From contig NIVC01000636.1 of the NCBI GenBank assembly GCA_002269645.1, positions 248,001 to 312,000 on the forward strand: a DNA stretch of 64,000 nt, given 5' to 3'. Within the stretch, counting starts at the first letter, position 1, and each line of letters opens with the position of its first letter. Of this stretch, positions 35,601-49,051 are shown one piece after another. Under the pieces are notes generated by a model that was not told the origin of the DNA, ran no database searches, and saw only the letters and a program-made list of their open reading frames with translations. Source of the stretch: Macrostomum lignano (Eukaryota). The position numbers were made by a program, and so were the translations under genes.

Positions 35601-37789
35601 GAACTTGCCCTTCTCGAAGAGGGCGGAGGCGGCGTAGGCCACGACGGTGCAGGCGGCCAGGGACAGGTAGGTGTTGATCACCGCCCGGTGCTTGTCGTCT
35701 CCCGAGGCCAGGCCGGCGTTGAAACTCGGCCAGTACAGCCACAGAAAGATGGTGCCTGCGGAAGTGAATGAGTGAGTGAGTGAGTGAGTGAGTGAGTGAG
35801 TGTGTGAGTGAGTGAGTGAGTGAGTGAGTGAGTGAGTGAGTGAGTGAGTGAGTGAGTGAGTGAGTGAGTGAGTGAGTGAGTGTGTGAGTGAATGAGTGAG
35901 TGAGTGAGTGTGTGAGTGAGTGAGTGAGTGAGTGAGTGAGTGAGTGAGTGAGTGAGTGAGTGAGTGAGTGAGTGAGTGAGTGAGTGAGTGAGTGAGTGAG
36001 TGAGTGAGTGAGTGAGTGAGTGAGTGATCTCAGCTCACCGATCATGGCGAACAGGTCGCTGCTGTAGCCCGAATGGTCGTTGCTGTTCTTGCCGTCGCCC
36101 GGCGCGGTCAGCGCCTTGGAGGCGGCGATGCCGAAGTAGGCGCCGAACACGTGGACAAACATGCTGCCGCCCATGTCCGCGGCCTGGGGATTTTATTGGG
36201 ATTTGTCAGCGGAACGAGCCTTGACTGCCGCCTCCCCACAGGCTTCCGGCCGATTGTCGCCATGATCGCCCAGAACCCCCCCCCGCGAACTGAGCAGCAC
36301 ATTGCTGATGAATCGCTCAGATGCAACCCTTCATACCTTGAATATGTATAGGCCAACATATTCGTTAGCAACAAAGATGGGGATCTCGACAAGCGACAGC
36401 ACGAGACACTGCAGTGGCGACAGCCGGCCCAGCATCGCGCCGAAGGAAATCAGCACGGCGGCGCAAGCGAAGTCGGCAGCCAGCAGTCTGGAGGATTTCG
36501 AAGGGGGTATTTTGATGGCTGCAGTGAATATGCCTGCTACACTACTCATAACTGGATAGTAGAGTAGTGCGAACTAATTTTTTCATGCAAATTTATTAGG
36601 TTTATATCCCACTGCACGTAAGTTAAAAAACACCACCCTGACCCTAACCCTAACCCTGACCCTAACCCTGACTCATTTCAGCCACGTCTGGGTCACAGCT
36701 CACCCCTGAATATCGATGCTGAACTTGGCATCCTTCAGGTGGAAGAACCCGTTTACCAGCATGCCCCACTGGATGACCAGCGCGGAGATGAGCATGTTGA
36801 GGCCTACGCTGCAGAAGCCGTACCACTTCAGGAAGGTCATGAGGAACCCGAAGCCGGCGAATATCATCACGTGGACGTCCTGAAACACTGGAAGTTTTAT
36901 ATGGAAGACTATCATATGGAGGTTATTGAGGAGTGACTAGAGATAGGGCGACCAGACTACCGGGAGGTGACCAGATCACCGGGGAGGTAACCACACTATC
37001 GGGGAGGAGAAGGAGACCAGACTACCGGGGAGGTGACCAGACTACCGGGAAGGTGACCAGACTACCGGGAAGGTGACCAGACTACCGGGGAGGTGACCAG
37101 ACTACCGGGGAGGGGACCAGACTACCGGGGAGGTGACCAGACTACCGGAGGGGTGACCAGACTACCGGGGTGGTGACCAGACTACCGGGGAGGTGACCAG
37201 ACTACCGGGGAGGTGACCAGACTACCGGAGGGGTGACCAGACTACCGGGAGGTGACCAGACTACCGGAGGGGTGACCAGACTACCGGGGAGGTGACCAGA
37301 CTACCGGGGAGGTGACCAGACTACCGGGAGGTGACCAGACTACCGGAGGGGTGACCAGACTACCGGGGAGGTGACCAGACTACCGGGGAGGTGACCAGAC
37401 TACCGGGGAGGTGACCAGACTACCGGGGAGGTGACCAGACTACCGGGGAGGTGACCAGACTACCGGGGAGGTGACCAGACTACCGGGAGGTGACCAGACT
37501 ACCGGGGAGGTGACCAGACTACCGGGGAGGTGACCAGACTACCGAGGAAGCGACAACGTCGCATTAAATCCCATCAATCCAGCCTTCAGAGCCCCGTGCG
37601 CTCACTCGGGTAGTTCGGTCCCAGGCTGTTCTCAGCGCCCACCTCCGCCGGTCTGAGCCGTCCGGTTGCGTTGCCCCACAGCCCGGCGTCCGCCTGCTCG
37701 TCGTACTTGGCGAATGCGGCAAACAGCGCCACAAAAAGCGCCTGCAGGGCCAGCGCCACGGCGCCGAATTTTGCGTTACCGAATTCCAT
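32699..37789 (-). CDS. Rh50: Rh-family ammonia/ammonium transporter (Rh50 / RHAG-RHBG-RHCG-like), ~480 aa, 8 exons
   Basis: Exons 37789-37606, 36887-36704, 36487-36337, 36183-36039, 35755-35457, 34779-34649 (acceptor least certain), 33445-33255 and 32856-32699, all GT-AG and phase-compatible. Motifs: YP|[44 protein letters not shown]|[39 protein letters not shown] (twin pore histidines), FQDDKFW. Confidence 0.95.
32935..33246. repeat. Intronic 39-nt tandem repeat (AGCAGCAGGGCAGGTCAGCCATCCCAGAGCACAGGGCTG), Rh intron 7
   Basis: About 8 copies. Confidence 0.93.
33455..33890. repeat. Intronic 20-nt tandem repeat (AGTTTATGGGTCCGTGRGTG), Rh intron 6
   Basis: Read directly. Degenerates toward higher coordinates. 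Confidence 0.9.
34320..34490. repeat. Intronic ~20-nt repeat (GGATCCAAATGATGGGATCT), Rh intron 6
   Basis: About 8 copies. Confidence 0.85.
34945..35395. repeat. Intronic 14-nt repeat (AATCCCAGATCCCA), Rh intron 5
   Basis: Two blocks, ~34945-35035 and ~35125-35395. Confidence 0.88.
35764..36027. repeat. (TGAG)n / (CTCA)n microsatellite filling Rh intron 4
   Basis: About 65 tetramers occupying almost all of the 283-nt intron. Confidence 0.97.
36945..37545. repeat. Intronic 19-20-nt repeat (GACCAGACTACCGGGGAGGT), Rh intron 1
   Basis: About 29 copies. Confidence 0.94.
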
Positions 37790-38339
37790 CGTTGCTGCCG
37801 CGCTGCCGGGGCTCTGCGGTAAAAATGCGAACGACAGAACTGCACTGGCAAGAGGCCGACAGACAAATGCGGGCTAAGCTGATTTTATGCAAAAGTCACT
37901 GGCCCGCTGGGGCGCCCGGTCGCCCCACCTCCTGCACAGGCGTACAAACCCAGGGGCCTTGACATTTCCTGCTCTGTCTGCCCTCAACACCCCTGGCCTG
38001 CAGGTCTTTGCTTGGCTTTCAGGTTGACTTTTTCGCTCTGTCTCATTGCTTTTGCGCATAAAAAGCAGCCAGCGGGCCTGTCGCTGCTCTGGAGCGCGCC
38101 ACACCCTAATTTTTGACACACCTCCGAGCACCTGACCTGCTGCTTGCTCCAATACAGATAGCAGTGCGTTGCAACATGCAAAACGGTGGGAATGATGGAG
38201 ATTGTTTGGCGCTGACCGAAGAAGTAAAGCCACTTTTAGCTCGAATTGTACTCGTAAATAATTACTGGCAAGAGGGTGAAGTTGACCGGAGCTGTGTCCA
38301 GTCACGAAGGGAACAAAGGGGAAGAAAGGACAGGGGAGA

Positions 38340-39170
38340 TGAAAGGATAGAGGGGAGAGAGCGAAGAGAGGGAAGAGAGGGGCGAGGTGGGAGAGAGAGG
38401 AGAGAAGGAAGAGAGGGAAGAGAGGGGAGAGAGAGGAGAGAAGGAAGAGAGGGAAGAGAGGGAAGAGAGAAGAGAGGGAAGAGAGGGAAGAGAGAAGAGA
38501 GGGAAGAGAGGGAAGAGAGAAGAGAGGGAAGAGAGGGAAGAGAGGGAAGAGAGAAGAGAGGGAAGAGAGGGAAGAGAGAAGAGAGGGAAGAGAGGGAAGA
38601 GAGGGAAGAGAGGGAAGAGAGGGAAGAGAGGAGAGAGAGGGAAGAGAGGGAAGAGAGGGAAGAGAGGGAAGAGAGGAAAGAGAGGAGAGAAGAGAGGGAA
38701 GAGAGGGGAAAGAGGGGGGAGATGGGAGAGAGAGGAGAGAAGGAAGAGAGGGGAGAGAAGGAAGAGAGGGAAGAGAGGGAAGAGAGGGAAGAGAGGGAAG
38801 AGAGGGAAGAGAGGGAAGATAGGGAAGAGAGGGAAGAGAGGGAAGAGAGGGAAGAGAGGGAAGAGAGGGAAGAGAGGGAAGAGAGGGAAGAGAGGGAAGA
38901 GAGGGAAGAGAGGGAAGAGAGGGAAGAGAGGGAAGAGAGGGAAGAGAGGGAAGAGAGGGAAGAGAGGGAAGAGAGGGAAGAGAGGGAAGAGAGGGAAGAG
39001 AGGGAAGAGAGGGAAGAGAGGAAGAGAGGGAAGAGAGGGAAGAGAGGGAAGAGAGGGAAGAGAGGGAAGAGAGGGAAGAGAGGAGAGAGAGGGAAGAGAG
39101 GGAAGAGAGGAGAGAGAGGGAAGAGAGGGAAGAGAGAGAAGAGAGGAAAGAGAGGGAAGAGGGGAGAGGC
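38340..39170. repeat. Polypurine repeat (GAGAGGGAA)n and variants
   Basis: Almost purely G/A over about 830 nt. Confidence 0.95.
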
Positions 39171-39840
39171 AGAGTGTGGAGCAGAGAGATATGAAATCGA
39201 AGAGCACTGAGCAAATAATTGAGGTGATGGCAGAAGCAGATAAGTTTGCAGCTAATTTGATCAGCTCTAAAAGCTCTCCCTCTACTCAAAACTCCCAGGT
39301 CCAAGGCGGAACCGGTCAGGTGGCCGCAGCAACTGCTCTGCAGTCGGGGCCACCGCTATCTCTGTTATCTGTCTTGTAGTTTTTCAGCTGGACTTTATCA
39401 GAAGATTTTGTGCAAACTGAAATCTAAAGAAGCGCTTTATTGCTTTCGCAATAAAAGCAACAGCGAGGCTCCCTTGCTGATAGCTGCTTCTGGGGAGCTC
39501 CGAAAACTTTGCAGCACGCATGCTGTTTAAGACAACAAAGAGGGTATTATAAGCGTTGAAATATTGACATTTGACATCGGGGCAAAGCGGTGGATTAAGC
39601 GGAGGGGGGCACAGCTGATCCTTCCGGGCAGATCCCCCACAAGAAGAAAAAGCAAGGCAGTTCTTTAAGCCTGAGTGGCAGCGGGGCTGCACGGGAACTG
39701 CACGCAAGGGCGGCTCTGGCTGCTTGGATCCGGCTTTCGGGCTGACTGGAAAGACAGGCTGAGACTGAGTTGCTGTTCACCTGGCCTTGTGCCGCCGCTT
39801 GTGGTGGGCCAGCACAGACTTTTGTATTTTGTTTCTTCCT

Positions 39841-40728
39841 GGATTGTTTGACTCATGGGCTGTTTGAGTCATGGACGGTTTGAGTCATGGATTGTTTGAG
39901 TCATGGATTGCTTGAGTCATGGACTGGTTGAGCCTTGGATTGTTTGAGTCATGGATTGTTTGAGTCATGGGCTGTTTGAGTCATGGATTGTTTGAGCCAT
40001 GGGCTGTTTGAGTCATGGACTGTTTGAGTCATGGACGGTTTGAGTCATGGACTGTTTGAGTCATGGACGGTTTGAGTCATGGACTGTTTGAGTCATGGGC
40101 TGTTTGAGTCATGGGCTGTTTGAGTCATGGACTGTTTGAGTCATGGATTGTTTGAGTCATGGATTGTTTGAGTCATGGGCTGTCTGAGTCATGGACGGTT
40201 TGAGTCATGGATTGTTTGAGTCATGGATTGTTTGAGCCATGGGCTGTTTGAGTCATGGGCTGTTTGAGTCATGGGCTGTTTGAGTCATGGACTGTTTGAG
40301 TCATGGATTGTTTGAGTCATGGATTGTTTGAGTCATGGACTGTTTTAGTCGTGGATTGTTTGAGTCATGGACTGTTTGAGTCATGGATTGTTTGAGTCAT
40401 GGACTGTTTGAGTCATGGATTGTTTGAGTCATGGACTGTTTGAGTCATGGATTGTCTGAGTCATGGACGGTTTGAGTCATGGATTGTTTGAGTCATGGAT
40501 TGTTTGAGCCATGGGCTGTTTGAGTCATGGGCTGTTTGAGTCATGGGCTGTTTGAGTCATGGACTGTTTGAGTCATGGATTGTTTGAGTCATGGGCTGTT
40601 TGAGTCATGGATTGTTTGAGTCATGGACTGTTTGAGTCATGGACTGTTTGAGTCATGGGCTGTTTGAGTCATGGACGGTTTGAGTCATGGACTGTTTGAG
40701 TCATGGATTGTTTGAGTCATGGGCTGTC
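39841..40728. repeat. 16-nt tandem repeat (TGTTTGAGTCATGGAY) containing a consensus AP-1 site (TGAGTCA) in nearly every unit
   Basis: About 55 units read directly. Confidence 0.95.
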
Positions 40729-41124
40729 ATAGGCATCCTTCATAACGAAGCTGCTCTAATTTACAAAAAAATTATGAGTTTCTTTTCAAAAAAGATCACA
40801 AAACCCGAGCAGGCTACTTGAGCAGTAGTGCTGCTCATACAGTGTTAAAATTTGTGCAGAATTTCGGTCTCAGCTCTCGGGTTTCAGGAAGAGGGCGAGA
40901 AGAAAAGAGGAGGCTGATGGGAGATGGCCGGAGGAAAGGGAGGGCATCGCTGAGCAAACAAAAAGCTTAGAAATGAGGGCGGAAATCTAAAGAAATGCGC
41001 TGATTGCACTGAATAGAGGTGGGGCTGAGTCTTCCTGCTGGCATTCATCACTGGAGCGCCTTTGCTTGGATTGAAGAGCCTTTGAAAGAGAATTGCGACA
41101 TTGAAGCATTGCACCATTAGGCAG

Positions 41125-42470
41125 GATACCCGCCATCTATCAAGAAGATACCCGCCATTCACCGAGAAGATACCCGCCATCTATCAAGAAGATACCCGCC
41201 ATTCGCCGAGAAGATACCCGCCGTCTATCAAGAAGATACCCGCCATTCACCAAGAAGATACCCGCCATTCGCCGAGAAGATACCCGCCGTCTATCAAGAA
41301 GATACCCGCCATTCACCAAGAAGATACCTGCTATCTATTAAGAAGATACCCGCCATCCATTAAGAAGATACCCGCCATCCATTAAGAAGATACCCGCCAT
41401 TCATTAAGAAGATACCCGCCATCCATCAAGAAGATACCCGCCATCCATCAAGAAGATACCCGCTATCCATCAAGAAGATACCCGCCATCCATCAAGAAGA
41501 TACCCGCCATTCATTAAGAAGATACCCGCCATCCATTAAGAAGATACCCGCCATCCATTAAGAAGATACCCGCCATCCATTAAGAAGATACCCGCCATCC
41601 ATTAAGAAGATACCCGCCATCCATTAAGAAGATACCCGCTATCCATCAAGAAGATACCCGCCATCCATCAAGAAGATACCCGCCATCCATCAAGAAGATA
41701 CCCGCCATCCATTAAGAAGATACCCGCCATCCATCAAGAAGATACCCGCCATCCATCAATAAGATACCCGCCATCCATCAAGAAGATACCCGCTATCCAT
41801 CAAGAAGATACCTGCCATCCATCAAGAAGATACCCGCCATCCATCAAGAAGATACCCGCCATTCATCAAGAAGATACCTGCCATCCATCAAGAAGATACC
41901 CGCCATCCATCAAGAAGATACCCGCCATCCATCAAGAAGATACCCGCCATCCATCAAGAAGATACCCGCCATCCATCAAGAAGATACCCGCCATCCATCA
42001 AGAAGATACCCGCCATCCATCAAGAAGATATCCGCCATCCATCAAGAAGATACCCGCCATCCATCAAGAAGATACCCGCCATCCATCAAGAAGATACCCG
42101 CCATCCATCAAGAAGATATCCGTCATCCATCAAGAAGATACCCGCCATCCATCAAGAAGATACCCGCCATCCATCAAGAAGATACCCGCCATCCATCAAG
42201 AAGATACCCGCCATCCATCAAGAAGATACCCGCCATCCATCAAGAAGATACCCGCCATCCATCAAGAAGATACCCGCCATCCATCAAGAAGATACCCGCC
42301 ATCCATCAAGAAGATACCCGCCATCCATCAAGAAGATACCCGCCATCCATCAAGAAGATACCCGCCATCCATCAAGAAGATACCCGCCATCCATCAAGAA
42401 GATACCCGCCATCCATCAAGAAGATACCCGCCATCCATCAAGAAGATACCCGCCATCCATCAAGAAGATG
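41125..42470. repeat. 22-nt tandem repeat (CCATCCATCAAGAAGATACCCG)
   Basis: About 60 copies. Confidence 0.96.
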
Positions 42471-44024
42471 AATTCATTCTGATGCTGAAGAAATCCCCTG
42501 ATAATTAGTTGATGTTTGCGGCCGCGCTGAGGTCTCACTTAAAAAATTGGGCAGTAAAAGTGCGCCCACGAGCGGCATTGTTTGCTTTCATCTCTGCCGC
42601 TTTGAGACTGGCCGCTTCAAAGGCAGAAGCCTCCCTTTGAGAGATAAAGTAGAGGGAGGGATGGGGGCAGCGCAGGCCGGTCCGCAGCGGTGGGAGCATC
42701 CTCGGCAGCAGAATATTTTTAATATACCATTGGTTTTTCTGACTCCGGCTTATCTGCCAGGCCTCCCCATTGTTTACCCAAGGCCAAGCTGCGAGCTCGG
42801 GACCCACCAGACCATGACTGCCGCATCCCAGCAGAAGTTGCCAGATGGCATATCCATCGAGATGCACTGGGGTGGGGGGGGGGGCAATCCCGAGCCAGGG
42901 AGATCCCCGAACCGGAGTCTGGAGCAGTAAGTCTCCGCCAACTCTTCACGATGAGTCATCAAAAACTTATTCAACTAGAAGAAGAGCGGCTGGACTCGCA
43001 CCAATGAGGACCCTCAAGGCACAGAGAGTGCACCTGCGTGACGATGGAACTACCTGCCTGGTTGCGGGATGATGTCGCCGAAGGCCTGCGAAGATTTCCT
43101 ACGAAACGAAGTTCCCTGTTCTAGTTGACACAGACAGCGGCTTTCTGCCTATCATTGAGTTCTGCTCAGTTCAGCGTCTGAAAATGAAACTGGGGGAAGG
43201 CCCGCCACTCCGCACCCTCGTTCAAGGACTCCTTGACCCGGCCACCCCCGGCCAAGCCCCGGACAAGCCCCGGACAAAAACTTACCAAAGTCACGCGCAG
43301 CGGCTGAGCTCGGATCGCCAGGCTGGCGGGCAGTGACATCGTAGGTCAAGAGAGCCGCAGACCGGGCGCAACTCGCTGCTCACTGAGTGAGGGAAGTCGG
43401 ATCGCATTTTATAATCAGTTCGGACTCGAAGGTGGAAAATCCCCCCCCCCAATTCCCCAAGGTGCACATCGGCAATATTCGAATTCGATTGCCCTGTTCC
43501 ACCTTGGCTGGGCGAGGCCCCGCACTCCGCTCTAAGTGCTTAGTCTGGTTGCCGGGGGCGGTGGGAGGGCGGAACTCGCCTGTCAGCAGCTGCGCGGGCT
43601 GAGTTCTCCGCTGCTGCTTTAGCCTTGGCTGAGCTGATCCCAGATGAGGCGGAGATGGAGGCTGGGTAATGCGGGAAGGGGCTGCAACTCGACCCCGCAG
43701 CAGCGGCAGCAGCAATTTTGCGCCTGAAGACCTCAGAGACGCGCGAGTGATCGGGACGGGGGGTCGACCGCTTGCTAGGCAGCTTGATGAGGCTTCATCT
43801 CGCGCCCAGACTCCTTCCCTACGCCCTGGCTCACCTTGGCACGCCATGCTTGTCACGGCGGCTTTTTGATACTCAATGCCACTTCGGGCTGCCCGGGCAT
43901 CGCGTGACGCCCCGGCTTCTCCGGGAGACGCTCGGCTGGCAGCCCCCCCCACCCAGATTTTACCGAGCCTGCCTGTCTTTCAGTTGCGCCACTTTCTGCA
44001 GCCCTGGCTTGCCTTCTGAAGCTC

Positions 44025-44545
44025 GCTTGAGGGAATCTTGCTTGAGGGAATCTTGCTTAAGGGAATCTTGCTTGAGGGAATCTTGCTTGAGGGAATCTTG
44101 CTTGAGGGAATCTTGCTTGAGGGAATCTTGCTTGAGGGAATCTTGCTTGAGGGAATCTTGTTTCAGGGAATCTTGCTTGAGGAAATCTTGCTTGAGGGAA
44201 TCTTGCTTGAGGGAATCTTGCTTGAGGGAATCTTGCTTGAGGGAATCTTGCTTGAGGGAATCTTGCTTGAGGGAATCTTGCTTGAGGGAATCTTGCTTGA
44301 GGGAATCTTGCTTGAGGGAATCTTGTTTCAGGGAATCTTGCTTGAGGAAATCTTGCTTGAGGGAATCTTGCTTGAGGGAATCTTGTTTCAGGGAATCTTG
44401 CTTGAGGGAATCTTGCTTGAGGGAATCTTGCTTGAGGGAATCTTGCTTGAGGGAATCTTGTTTCAGGGAATCTTGCTTGAGGGAATCTTGCTTGGGGGAA
44501 TCTTGCTTGGGGGAATCTTGCTTGAGGGAATCTTGCTTGAAATAA
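44025..44545. repeat. 15-nt tandem repeat (CTTGAGGGAATCTTG)
   Basis: About 34 copies. Confidence 0.95.
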
Positions 44546-44596
44546 TCTTTATCAGGAATCTTCTTGAAGAAATCTTCAAGGGAATCATGCTTATTC

Positions 44597-45382
<786 letters not shown>

Positions 45383-46059
45383 GAACTGGTGGGCCATGAG
45401 CAGCGCAGGGATGGACAGAGGAGGGGGCGCGCATTCAAATCGATTTATTCGCAACGCACAGCACGGAACCTGCAGGGTCAGAGAGCGCAGTTGAGCAGAG
45501 GGGGGGGGGGGTTCTGCTCGAATTCCCCCGGCTGAGATCGAAGATTAATTTGGCTTCGACGGCCGGGCGACCGGGAGGCGCGAGGCCCGGAACGGGAAAC
45601 TTCTTTGACTTCTGGCCTCCCCTCTCGGCCCTCTCCGAACAGGAAAGCCGGGCCTGCTGCGCACTCGGGCTCGAATTTTCGTCTCAAATCTGAGGTTCGA
45701 TATTTACGGGTGTTGTGCACTTTTGAGTAGAGCAGCCTCTGCCCTGGAGACCGGTGGCTAGACGGAAGGACTCACTGAGGCTCTCCATCAGGGCAGCTTA
45801 CGCTCGTATGACAGCTTAGTGATTGATTGATTGACAGCCTGGGGTCAGCTGCAATAGGAAAAATATTTAGAGTCGTCCGAAAGAATTTTGGGAAATTGTG
45901 ACTGTATTGGTTCTCAACTATTCCCCCGAAGACACGCCCTCTTCCTCGTGCTGAATGCCCCCCCCCCCGAAAAAATTCCTGGTTGGGCGCAACACTGGAT
46001 CTTCGCACGCACGAAGCACCCCTATTTTTCTAGATCCTATCAGTGTACATAGTATTGAC

Positions 46060-46925
46060 TCATTGGCCCAGCAGTGTACAAAGACACAAGGGCCCAGCAA
46101 TGTACATACACACAAAGACACATGTACATAGACACATACACAAGGGCCCAGCAATGTACATAGACACAAAGACACAATGTACATAGACACATACACAAGG
46201 GCCCAGCAATGTACATAGACACAAAGACACAAGAGCCCAGCAATGTACATTGACACAAAGACACAAGAGCCCAGCAATGTACATAGACACAAAGACACAA
46301 TGTACATTGACACAAAGATACAAGAGCCCAGCAATGTACATTGACACAAAGACACAAGAGCCCAGCAATGTACATTGACACAAAGACACAAGAGCCCAGC
46401 AATGTACATTGACACAAAGACACAAGAGCCCAGCAATGTACATAGACACAAAGACACAATGTACATTGACACAAAGACACAAGAGCCCAGCAATGTACAT
46501 TGACACAAAGACACAAGAGCCCAGCAATGTACATTGACACAAAGATACAAGAGCCCAGCAATGTACATTGACACAAAGACACAAGAGCCCAGCAATGTAC
46601 ATAGACACAAAGACACAATGTACATTGACACAAAGACACAAGAGCCCAGCAATGTACATTGACACAAAGACACAAGAGCCCAGCAATGTACATTGACACA
46701 AAGACACAAGAGCCCAGCAATGTACATTGACACAAAGACACAAGAGCCCAGCAATGTACATTGACACAAAGACACAAGAGCCCAGCAATGTACATAGACA
46801 CAAAGACACAATGTACATTGACACAAAGACACAAGAGCCCAGCAATGTACATTGACACAAAGACACAAGAGCCCAGCAATGTACATTGACACAAAGATAC
46901 AAGAGCCCAGCAATGTACATATACA
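46060..46925. repeat. ~34-nt tandem repeat (GACACAAAGACACAAGAGCCCAGCAATGTACATT) with shorter deletion variants
   Basis: Read directly. Confidence 0.94.
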
Positions 46926-48231
46926 CAAAAGTTCAGCAATGTACATAAACCCTTTAGCCCAGCAACATACTTCAATACATAGACCCAAGAGCCCAGTAAA
47001 TGTGCATAGACCCCTTATTTATCACGATAGATAAGAAGGCTTCATCCCTTTTCACCTTTTATTGGTTTTTACTAGCATGTATTGAAGCCGAATCTCGGGA
47101 CAAATGTGATGCAGAACACACAGATATTCAATCTTCTGCTGAGCCATAGCCAAAGTGTGCTGGGATTTCACTTCAGAATACTACAGTATAGTCTTCATTC
47201 CCAAGCAGATCGAAATGATCCAAGGTGAATTCGTGTAATTTGCACGGGAGTGAAAAACGTGTTTTATTAATTTAATGCATAACGTTACTGTAAAAAAATA
47301 ATTTGATCTTAAGAAGCCTCTGACTTCGTATTTCAAATTTCAAAGCGAGCTGGAGTCTCTCTTAGATAAATTTTAAGGATTTGTTAATTGAGATTCAAAG
47401 CAAAGGCAGTGGAAAATCTCCGGCTTTAATTTTCGGCAAGCGCGCAAAGAGAGAACTGAGCTTGCCTTATTATTCAGTCTCAGACTCTCTGCGTCATCAG
47501 CCACTTCTGGCCGGGACTTGAAAGCTTGAATCAAACAAAGAAGACTCAAACGAATTTAGACCCAGGTACAGGTAATGCCAGTCAACCAGACCGGACTCAA
47601 AGCTCGTGAGCACCAAGTTATCAATAAATCAATAAGGTGTGAATTTGAATTGCGATTGTTTTGTTTCATTCAACAAAAATATATATTAGAAAGTTATGAA
47701 AGTGATTCCCGGATATATACTTAGAAATACTTGTTTTTGTGTACTTTTATTTTCAACCGCCGTGATATACTTATCTATCCTGGGTAGAAAAACAAAACTG
47801 ATTTTTGATTACTGAAACTGGAATTAGCATCCAGCATCTGAGATGCGGCTGGGTTGCTAGGGCCTACAGACTAATCTTGGTCACAAATCGCTGCAGCACA
47901 GCTGAGCTCTGCTCCTGCTCTCACTTTGGCTGATTATCTAACTCACTGGCTGAGTCCACACTGAGCTTTCCTTGCCTAATCCCCGGGTGTCTGGGGGAGA
48001 CTGGGAATAGAGAGGCTGGGCGCCTCATCAGTCGGATTGCGCGCTGAGGCTGGGACTCGGACAGGAGTTGGCGCTGAACTTTTTTGGCATCCCGATGGGA
48101 TTCGAGCTCTGACAGCGAGATTCGAGATTTGCTCTGGGGATTTGGGCTGGAGTGACGGGAGACACGCGGTGAGCATTTGCTCCTGCCGTTCATCAATACA
48201 ATTTCCCCTTTAATCAGTTGGTTTGTTAATG

Positions 48232-48622
48232 GGATTGAGATTGATCAACTGATCTATGGGTGAGATTGATCAACTGATCTATGGGTGAGATTGATCAACT
48301 GATCTATAGGTGAGATTGATCAACTGATCTATAGGTGAGATTGATCAACTGATCTATAGGTGAGATTGATCAACTGATCTATAGGTGAGATTGATCAACT
48401 GATCTATAGGTGAGATTGATCAACTGATCTATAGGTGAGATTGATCAACTGATCTATAGGTGAGATTGATCAACTGATCTATAGGTGAGATTGATCAACT
48501 GACATATAGTGAGATTGATCAACTGATCTATAGGTGAGATTGATCAACTGATCTATAGGTGAGACAGATCAACTGATCTGTAGGTGAGATTGATCAACTG
48601 ACATATAGGTGAGATTGGTCAG
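48232..48622. repeat. 25-nt tandem repeat (GAGATTGATCAACTGATCTATAGGT) containing the palindrome TTGATCAA
   Basis: About 15 copies. Confidence 0.94.
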
Positions 48623-49051
48623 AACGGATTCATAGGTAAGATGAAACTTGATATGAGTGCGAATTTGCTGCCAAAAAATCAAAGCACAAGGCGTCATCAA
48701 GTTATAGATGCCAGAGCAGTTAACATTGAAAACGGGGTGTATCATTTGCCATCATTTTTTCATTTGCCATCGTTGGCAGCTGAACAGCACTTTCACATGG
48801 CAACTGTAGCCGCGGAACCATCGGGTCCTTAGCCAGCCTACGGTATCGCGTCATTTTCCAATAAGACATATTCTTGTAACCATAGCAACCCACTGAATTC
48901 TACTGACTAATACTTTATACTCGCAGATGTAGGCAGTCGGGTGGGAGTTTGGGAGATTTTTCCCAGATTTTCACAAAACCGGCCTGGTGTTGGAGGAAAT
49001 GAGGCGGCAAACAACAAAGTCGGCAGTAACGACTAGCGGGCGGGCGGCTCG

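Noticed and set aside
37874-39379. Glu/Arg-rich or Leu/Pro-rich ORFs (EEREERE, SLPSLP)
   Set aside because: Polypurine 9-nt repeat, open in most frames on both strands.
45918-46988. Cys-rich 288-356-aa minus-strand ORFs resembling metallothionein or keratin-associated proteins
   Set aside because: The 34-nt repeat is open in all three frames. Artefact.
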